Below, piece by piece: positions 56,406 through 63,232 of a DNA stretch of 63,232 nt; the stretch's first letter is position 1; every line of letters begins with the position of its first letter. The stretch spans positions 1 to 63,232 of the forward strand of contig CANFIN010000004.1 in assembly GCA_947447155.1 (NCBI GenBank), read 5' to 3'. A program made the position numbers and the translations under genes. The DNA comes from Bacteroidota bacterium. GTDB taxonomy: Bacteria > Bacteroidota > Bacteroidia > AKYH767-A > OLB10. The notes beneath the pieces are model-generated. The model was not told the DNA's origin. It did not search any database and saw only the letters and a list, made by a program, of their open reading frames with translations.

Positions 56406-57447
56406 TAAATGCCAACGGATTTGCTGTAACTTCATCATAAACCTGATGATTATTGTAGATATCGTAAGCCAGGTAGATGGCTTCGCGCAACGACGTTTCA
56501 CTAGCAATTCCTTTTCCTGCTATGTCGTAACCAGTTCCATGATCTGGAGAAGTACGAATGACAGGCAATCCTGCGGTAAAGTTCACGCCCGTTTCAAAAG
56601 CAAGTGTCTTGAAAGGAATTAATCCTTGATCGTGATACATTGCCAACACAGCATCAAACTTTTTATACTGCCCACTTCCGAATAAACCATCTGCAGAATA
56701 AGGCCCGTACACTACAGCCGACTTATCATTAAACGCTTTCACTGCTGGAGCAATAATATCCATGTCTTCGCTGCCTATTACACCGTTATCGCCTGCATGT
56801 GGATTCAATCCTAACACTGCAATTTTTGGTTTACGAATATTAAAGTCGCGCTTAAGTGATTGTACCATTACATTCAACTTAGCCTGAATATTTTCTTTAG
56901 TAATTAATGAAGCAACTTTTGTTACAGGCACATGTCCTGTGACTAATGCCACGCGTAACTCGCCCGACACTAAAAACATCAATGGTGATGAATTAGGAAA
57001 TGCCTTACCTAAAAATTCTGTATGTCCAGTGAAGCCACTTCCTGCGGGTTGCGCTGTATGCTTATCAAGAGGAGCAGTAACTAATGCATGTAATTTCCCC
57101 GCTGCCAAATCAGCTGTTGCTGCCTGCAATGCTTTATAACTATAAACACCTGTTTCAGAAGAGGGCGTTCCAACTTCCATCTTCAATTCCTCTTCCCAGC
57201 AATTAATCACGTTTATTTTACGTGGTATTACTTCGTTGATACTTTTAACAGTATTGAAATTGAATTCCTGAATATTTAAAATCTTACGATGATGCGAAAT
57301 GACTTTTGATGAGCCATAAATAATAGGCGTAATCGTTTGAAATAATCGATTATCCGAAAGTGCTTTCATTACCACTTCTGGCCCAACACCATTTACATCG
57401 CCCAGGGTAATACCTATGCGCACTTTACCTTCGCCATCGTGACTCAT
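56383..57447 (-). CDS. pdxA: 4-hydroxythreonine-4-phosphate dehydrogenase
   Basis: 354 aa with ..ITLGD.NG.GPE.., ..GHTE.. and ..TSPDHGT..DIAG. Confidence 0.93.
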   Translation of the reverse strand: MSHDGEGKVRIGITLGDVNGVGPEVVMKALSDNRLFQTITPIIYGSSKVISHHRKILNIQEFNFNTVKSINEVIPRKINVINCWEEELKMEVGTPSSETGVYSYKALQAATADLAAGKLHALVTAPLDKHTAQPAGSGFTGHTEFLGKAFPNSSPLMFLVSGELRVALVTGHVPVTKVASLITKENIQAKLNVMVQSLKRDFNIRKPKIAVLGLNPHAGDNGVIGSEDMDIIAPAVKAFNDKSAVVYGPYSADGLFGSGQYKKFDAVLAMYHDQGLIPFKTLAFETGVNFTAGLPVIRTSPDHGTGYDIAGKGIASETSLREAIYLAYDIYNNHQVYDEVTANPLAFTKFGGDR

Positions 57448-57462
57448 AAAAATTGTTTTTAA

Positions 57463-58896
57463 TTATTTAACTCTGTTTTTAATAAACTCCGTAATCAATC
57501 GCACTCCTACACCTGTTCCATTTTTACCTCTGTAGCTATCGTTACCTTTTATAAATGCTGGTCCTGCAATATCAAAATGCATGTATGGATAATCTGTAAA
57601 ATTCAAAAGAAATCTTCCTGCAGTAATTGCACCACCATAAGGACCACCAATATTTTTCAAATCTGCTATATCCGACTTTAATAAATCGTCGTACTCATCC
57701 CACATTGGAAATTCTGCAAGACGCTCGTAAACATTATTACCAGCAATTTCTAATTCTGCACGAGTAGCATCATTTACTTTTCCCATTGATACAATTCCAT
57801 ATTGACCAATTGCTGCTGCAGCTGCTCCTGTTAATGTAGAAAATTCCATTACCAATTCAGGCTTCAGACTTTTTGCATAGTGCAATGCATCTGCTAAAAT
57901 CAAACGACCTTCAGCATCTGTATTCAACACCTCCACTGTTTTACCACTCATCATTGTAATCACATCACCAGGAACATAAGCGTTACCGTCAGGACGATTA
58001 TCCGTTGCAGGAACTAAAGCAATAACATGCACTGGTAATTTTGATTTTGCAATTGCATACATAGCTCCACCTACTGCAGCGCCACCTGCCATATCGCATT
58101 TCATACTATCCATTGAATTAGGCGTAGGCTTTAAGCTCATACCACCTGTATCATAAACAACACCTTTTCCAACCAATACATATGGCTTTGTATTAACTGC
58201 GTTAGCAGGCTTATATTCCATTACAGTGAACGTTGGAGGATCAATACTTCCTAAATTAACAGAAAGCAATCCGCCCATTTTCATTTTTGTAATCTCTTCT
58301 TTATCGAACACCTTCACAGTGAAGCCAGCATCCTTTCCCATTTTTGTGAACTGATTACTTAATTCAACAGCTGTTAAAAAATTAGGAGGCTCGTTTACTA
58401 AATCACGCGTTTTGTAAACCGCTGTACAAATTGCTTTCAGATAATCGATATCTGATTTTGTAATTGATTTGTGATGTATGCCTACCGACTTCAGACTATT
58501 TTTTTCTGAAGCTGCTTTGGATTTATACTTTAAAAACTGATAGTTAGACAAAATCAATCCTTCGCTAAATGCCATCACAACTTCTGTTGAAATTGTCGAA
58601 GAAATTGTTGCCTGATTTGCTTTAACTCCGTTTAAACGACCTGCTAATACTGCACCTGCTTTTCTTACTATTTCAAGATTAGCATACTCTGAATTATCAG
58701 TAACTAGTTGAACAATCGCTAAACGCTTATACTGATTAATTACAATCTGCTTTTTCTTGTCTTTGATTTCCTTTCGGATAAAAGACATTTCTTCTTTTGA
58801 AAACTGCTCCTTAGGAATTTCCTTCTCAGCTGTTGCTAAAACGATTAAATTTTCTGTTTTGCGAGCTGTGTTTTGTAGTGCTATTGTAATATGCAT
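57463..58896 (-). CDS. pepA: Leucyl aminopeptidase (M17)
   Basis: ..VGKGVVYDTGG.SLKP.., ..MKCDMAGGAAV.. and ..NTDAEGRL.LADAL. First ATG at 58896 (track start 58932 is TTG). Confidence 0.9.
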   Translation of the reverse strand: MHITIALQNTARKTENLIVLATAEKEIPKEQFSKEEMSFIRKEIKDKKKQIVINQYKRLAIVQLVTDNSEYANLEIVRKAGAVLAGRLNGVKANQATISSTISTEVVMAFSEGLILSNYQFLKYKSKAASEKNSLKSVGIHHKSITKSDIDYLKAICTAVYKTRDLVNEPPNFLTAVELSNQFTKMGKDAGFTVKVFDKEEITKMKMGGLLSVNLGSIDPPTFTVMEYKPANAVNTKPYVLVGKGVVYDTGGMSLKPTPNSMDSMKCDMAGGAAVGGAMYAIAKSKLPVHVIALVPATDNRPDGNAYVPGDVITMMSGKTVEVLNTDAEGRLILADALHYAKSLKPELVMEFSTLTGAAAAAIGQYGIVSMGKVNDATRAELEIAGNNVYERLAEFPMWDEYDDLLKSDIADLKNIGGPYGGAITAGRFLLNFTDYPYMHFDIAGPAFIKGNDSYRGKNGTGVGVRLITEFIKNRVK

Positions 58897-59017
58897 AAGA
58901 TAGTATAACTTTGAGCGGTTGAAATTAAACAATGTGAATGGTAAACCAAAAGGTTATTAGCTTTGTTTAGATATTATTTTAAAGAAACATTGTTAATTAA
59001 AAACATATTGCGATCAG

Positions 59018-60142
59018 ATGAATAGCGACTTACTACTTAAAAGGGCATTGAACTTTGAATTTCTAAGTGTAGAAGAGGGAAAATTTCTTTTTGAAAATGT
59101 GCCTACTGCAGAACTAATGTATGTTGCGAATGAACTTCGTAAAATGCAGAAGCCTGACGAGAAAGTAACATGGATTATTGACCGCAACCTCAATACAACC
59201 AATGTTTGTCTCGCAAACTGTAAATTCTGTAATTTTTATCGGATACCAGGACATGCAGACTCTTATATAACCACACTTGAACAATACAAGGTTAAAATAG
59301 AAGAAACCTTCCGCTATGGTGGCGAACAATTATTGTTACAAGGAGGACATCACCCTGAATTAGGGCTTTCCTATTACGAACAACTTTTTCGTGATTTAAA
59401 AAAGATGTTCCCTACTGTAAAATTACATTCGTTAGGACCACCAGAGATTGCACACATCGCAAAAATGGAAGGCCTATCACATACAGAGGTACTTCAGGCA
59501 TTAATGGAAGCAGGACTTGATTCATTGCCTGGCCCAGGTGCTGAAATATTAAATGATCGTGTAAGAAGAATAATTTCAAAAGGAAAATGCTCTGGACGTG
59601 AATGGCTCGATGTGATGCGTGCAGCTCATCAATTAGGTTTAACAACATCTGCAACAATGATGTTCGGACATGTAGAAACTATTGAAGAGCGCTTCGAGCA
59701 TCTGGCTTTAATTCGTCAGGTGCAATCAGAAAAACCTGATTTTGCAAAAGGATTTATTGCATTTATTCCGTGGCCATTTCAAGATGAAGGAACTTTATTG
59801 AAGAAAGTTCGTGGCGTTAGAAACGAGGTTACAGGAGATGAATACATCCGCATGATTGCCATGAGTAGAATCATGCTACCGAATATAAAAAACATACAGG
59901 CATCATGGCTGACTGTTGGGAAAGCAGTTGCGCAAGTTTGTTTACATGCAGGCGCTAACGATTTTGGATCTATCATGATTGAAGAGAATGTTGTTTCTGC
60001 TGCGGGAGCTCCTCACCGATTTACATCTAACGGCATACAAGAAGCTATTCGTGAAGCAGGATTTGAACCTCAATTAAGAAATCAGCAATACGAATACAGA
60101 GAAATTCCGGCAAGTATAGAACAACAAGTTATTAATTACTAA
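59018..60142 (+). CDS. Radical-SAM enzyme of the CofH/MqnC/MqnE family (futalosine-route menaquinone biosynthesis; MqnC-like)
   Basis: 374 aa with a CLANCKFCNF cluster, ..LLLQGGHHP.., ..GLDSLPGPGAEI.. and ..ATMMFGHVET. I cannot separate MqnC from MqnE by eye. Confidence 0.75.
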   Translation: MNSDLLLKRALNFEFLSVEEGKFLFENVPTAELMYVANELRKMQKPDEKVTWIIDRNLNTTNVCLANCKFCNFYRIPGHADSYITTLEQYKVKIEETFRYGGEQLLLQGGHHPELGLSYYEQLFRDLKKMFPTVKLHSLGPPEIAHIAKMEGLSHTEVLQALMEAGLDSLPGPGAEILNDRVRRIISKGKCSGREWLDVMRAAHQLGLTTSATMMFGHVETIEERFEHLALIRQVQSEKPDFAKGFIAFIPWPFQDEGTLLKKVRGVRNEVTGDEYIRMIAMSRIMLPNIKNIQASWLTVGKAVAQVCLHAGANDFGSIMIEENVVSAAGAPHRFTSNGIQEAIREAGFEPQLRNQQYEYREIPASIEQQVINY

Positions 60143-60146
60143 TTTA

Positions 60147-62756
60147 GTGTACCCCAAAACAATCAACCCGGTGCGTCAACTGAAATTATTTTTTCTTTTT
60201 TGCTTTTGTATTATTTCTTCTTCTGTGTTTGCTACGCATAACCGAGCAGGAGAAATCACCTATCGTAAAATTTCAAACTTGTATTACGAAATCAAAATTG
60301 TTACTTACACAAAATCATCTAGTCCTGCCGATAGACCTGAATTAGAATTCTGGTGGGGAGACGGTACAAGAGATACAATTCCGAGACAAAGTATTACTCC
60401 TAATGTTGGTCCTGATATTCAGAAAAATATTTATGTAGGCACACATACCTACCCAGGAAGTGGAAGTTATACCATGTACTTCTTGGATGAAAACAGAAAT
60501 GCGGACGTAGTGAATATGCCTGGTTCGGTAAACATTCCGTTTTATGTTGAAACAAAATTGGTTATATCCCCTGCAATAACTAGCAATAGCTCTCCTAATT
60601 TACTTCAGCCTCCAATTGATAACGGTGCTGTAGGTCAAATTTTCCTTCACAATCCTAATGCATTTGACCCCGATGGTGATAGTCTTTCTTATGAGCTAGT
60701 CTCATGCAAAGGAACAGGTGGACAACCCATTCCTACTTTTAGTTATCCCGCGGCTAACAACTCCTTCAGCTTAGATGCAGTAACAGGCGATTTAGTGTGG
60801 GATAGTCCTTTGACAATAGGTGAATATAACGTTGCAATGATTATTCGAGAGTGGAGAAATATCCCCGGCATTGGTACATTTAACATTGGGTATGTGACGC
60901 GTGATATGCAGATTACTATTTATCCGCCAGTGAATCAACCGCCAATTATTGCTGCAATTAATGATACGTGTGTTGAGGCAGGTACTAATTTAAACTTTAC
61001 TGTTTTTGTAACAGAGCCGAATAATGAACTTATAACATTGTCTGCTTCGGGAGGCCCATTTGTAACGAATAACAATCCGGCAACATTTACTTCAACACCG
61101 ACTGTAGGAACTAATAACGGAACGTTTAATTGGAATACCGACTGCTCTCATGTACGTAAGTCGAAATACACCGTGGTTTTTAAAGCCATTGACAATAATA
61201 CGAACGTTCAATTGGTGGATTTAGAGACGATGTTTATCACAGTTGTAGGACCATCGCCTAAAAACCCATATGCTACGCCGTTAGGAAATAGTTTGGTGCT
61301 GAATTGGGATACAAGCTTATGTTCGCAAGCTATCGGATATAAAATTTATCGTCGTCAGGGGTCGTACGGATTTACTCCTTCACAATGTGAGACTGGAGTT
61401 CCTGCTTATACGGGTTATAGCTTAATCGGACAAACTAACGGACTTTATAATACAACACTTACAGACGATAATAATGGAACTGGATTAGCTCCTGCAGTTC
61501 AGTATTGTTATATGGTAATTGCTATTTATCCTGATGGTGCAGAAAGTTATGCATCAATAGAGTTCTGCGGAACGCTTATCAGAGATTTACCGATTATCAC
61601 TAACGTTGATGTCAATACGACATCCAATATTAGCGGAGCAATTTATGTTGCATGGGGCAAACCAACCAACCTTGATTTTACACAAACACCTGGTCCGTTT
61701 AAATATGTGCTGCAAAGAAAATCAGGCAATGGTGTTTTTACTGACGTAGTTTCAAAAACCGATTTGAATGATACAACATTTACAGATACAGGTTTAAACA
61801 CATTAGACTCCACTTACACTTATCGCATTGCATTTTCAAACGAAACGCCAGGCAATACCTTCTTAATTGGAAACACACAACAAGCAACAAGCATGTATTT
61901 ACGTGTTACACCTTCCGACGAACAAAACACGCTTAACTGGAGTGTTAATGTGCCATGGAATAATTCAAACTATGAAATTTACAGAGAGTTCAGTCCTGGA
62001 GTTTTTAATTTAATTGGAAGCAGCTATAGCAACTCTTACACTGATGACAGCTTAACCAATGGAGTTGAATATTGCTATTATGTAAAATCATACGGCAGTT
62101 ATTTAGATACAGGATTAGTAAATCCGATAATTAATAAATCACAAATCGGATGTGCGACGCCGTTAGACAATGTATCTCCTTGTCCGCCAACCATCACACT
62201 GAACGGAAACTGTTTGAATTTAACAGATACGATTAACTGGAATTATGATGCAACATGCGGAAGCGATATTGAAAAAGTAAATTTGTATTTCAAAGGAGCA
62301 CGTGAAAATGGCTATACCTTAATTGCATCTGAAAGCGGCCTGACGGGAAGTTTTATTTATAATAATCCTGTGTCGATAGCAGGCTGTTATTACCTTACAG
62401 CAGTAGACACAACTGGAAATATCAGTTTAACATCGGATACATTATGCATTGATCCATGTCCGACTTACGAACTACCAAATGTATTCACACCGAATTCAGA
62501 TAACATCAACGATTTGTATCACCCTATTTTTCCTTATCGTGATGTACAGGATATTGCTTTTAAAGTATTTAATCGTTGGGGTGCATTAATGTTTGAAACA
62601 ACCGATATTGATATTAACTGGAATGGAAAGAAAAACAACAATGGCGAAGAAGCTCCTGCTGGTGTTTACTTTTTCATTTGCACGGTGTATGAAACTTCTG
62701 CTAATGGAGAACTTCTTCCACGTAATATCAACGGAACAATTGAACTAATTCGATAA
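60147..62756 (+). CDS. Large secreted protein with a gliding-motility-associated / T9SS type-B (CHU_C) C-terminal domain
   Basis: Signal peptide. THNRAGEITY motif. Cadherin/Ig-like and three FN3-like Y.IYR repeats. C-terminal ..PNVFTPN.D..ND...P......I.F.VFNRWG..F.......WNG........G.Y.. module. GTG start 4 nt after the preceding stop. Confidence 0.8.
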   Translation: MYPKTINPVRQLKLFFLFCFCIISSSVFATHNRAGEITYRKISNLYYEIKIVTYTKSSSPADRPELEFWWGDGTRDTIPRQSITPNVGPDIQKNIYVGTHTYPGSGSYTMYFLDENRNADVVNMPGSVNIPFYVETKLVISPAITSNSSPNLLQPPIDNGAVGQIFLHNPNAFDPDGDSLSYELVSCKGTGGQPIPTFSYPAANNSFSLDAVTGDLVWDSPLTIGEYNVAMIIREWRNIPGIGTFNIGYVTRDMQITIYPPVNQPPIIAAINDTCVEAGTNLNFTVFVTEPNNELITLSASGGPFVTNNNPATFTSTPTVGTNNGTFNWNTDCSHVRKSKYTVVFKAIDNNTNVQLVDLETMFITVVGPSPKNPYATPLGNSLVLNWDTSLCSQAIGYKIYRRQGSYGFTPSQCETGVPAYTGYSLIGQTNGLYNTTLTDDNNGTGLAPAVQYCYMVIAIYPDGAESYASIEFCGTLIRDLPIITNVDVNTTSNISGAIYVAWGKPTNLDFTQTPGPFKYVLQRKSGNGVFTDVVSKTDLNDTTFTDTGLNTLDSTYTYRIAFSNETPGNTFLIGNTQQATSMYLRVTPSDEQNTLNWSVNVPWNNSNYEIYREFSPGVFNLIGSSYSNSYTDDSLTNGVEYCYYVKSYGSYLDTGLVNPIINKSQIGCATPLDNVSPCPPTITLNGNCLNLTDTINWNYDATCGSDIEKVNLYFKGARENGYTLIASESGLTGSFIYNNPVSIAGCYYLTAVDTTGNISLTSDTLCIDPCPTYELPNVFTPNSDNINDLYHPIFPYRDVQDIAFKVFNRWGALMFETTDIDINWNGKKNNNGEEAPAGVYFFICTVYETSANGELLPRNINGTIELIR

Positions 62757-62759
62757 AAA

Positions 62760-63232
62760 ATGATTTTAGGAATTATTCCTGCACGCTACGCATCTACTCG
62801 CTTTCCTGGCAAACCATTAGTACTCATTGATGGAAAGCCAATGATTCAACGTGTTTATGAACAGGCATTAAAATCTGAATTAGATGCTGTTGTTGTAGCT
62901 ACTGATGATGATCGGATAGCCAAAGCCGTTAGAGACTTTGGAGGTCATGTAGTAATGACATCAGAACACCATCCAAGTGGAACAGATCGTTGTGCTGAAG
63001 CTTTACAATTGTTTGAAGGAGATTGGGAAGCTGTTGTGAATATACAGGGTGATGAACCTTATATTCAACCAAGTCAGATAAATGCTATTGCTTCGCTTTT
63101 AAAAAATGGAGCGCCTATCGCAACGCTGGTAAAAAAAATTGATACAACAGAAGAGCTTACCAATATTAACTCTCCGAAAGTAGTTTTAAGTAATAAGGGT
63201 GATGCATTGTATTTTAGTCGACAGCCAATACC
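62760..63232 (+). CDS. kdsB: 3-deoxy-manno-octulosonate cytidylyltransferase, N-terminal part (3' end outside window)
   Basis: The ATG at 62760 opens a frame to the window edge: MILGIIPARYASTRFPGKPLVLIDGKPMIQRVYEQA...IQGDEP. Absent from the ORF track because it has no stop in the window. Confidence 0.9.
   Translation, partial: MILGIIPARYASTRFPGKPLVLIDGKPMIQRVYEQALKSELDAVVVATDDDRIAKAVRDFGGHVVMTSEHHPSGTDRCAEALQLFEGDWEAVVNIQGDEPYIQPSQINAIASLLKNGAPIATLVKKIDTTEELTNINSPKVVLSNKGDALYFSRQPI

Overview
This is an AT-rich, tightly packed chromosomal segment that looks Bacteroidota-like (Flavobacteriia/Cytophagia-like). Supporting signs are gldD, CHU_C/T9SS-type C-terminal sorting domains, TAnnTTTG promoter boxes and no obvious Shine-Dalgarno sites. 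Almost everything is core housekeeping. The window contains purH', the rod-shape cluster mreBCD-mrdA-rodA, and waaA. It also holds a 10-gene nucleotide-sugar precursor cassette (WbpA/B/D/E-like set, ugd, uxs, galE, rfbB, a WbpP/TviC-like epimerase, PHP phosphatase). Other genes are trpS, tadA, pyk, ssb, mutY, HU, RNase G, asd, scpB, leuS, ftsX-uppP-truB, queA, ispD, rlmN, ribE, DPP-IV, pdxA, pepA, a futalosine-type radical-SAM gene, two large secreted proteins and kdsB'. I saw no rRNA, tRNA, CRISPR array, transposase, integrase or recognisable multi-gene defence or mobile island, and I cannot honestly name a novel protein system here. Five things are left unexplained by the gene list. (1) A non-coding gap of about 920 bp upstream of trpS holds three tandem modules, each a conserved AT-rich block plus a GC hairpin, oriented toward trpS. 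(2) The Bacteroidetes -7 box TAnnTTTG ends 4-5 nt before the start codon of at least nine first-in-operon genes, implying widespread leaderless mRNAs. (3) A small GIY-YIG gene carries a GC-rich, internally repeated, strongly self-complementary 3' tail wedged between ribE and the DPP-IV gene. (4) A 30-codon bS22-like micro-ORF falls below the ORF-track length cut-off. (5) There are several smaller regulatory oddities. Several ORF-track starts were moved to downstream ATGs based on signal peptides, family N-termini and promoter-box geometry.
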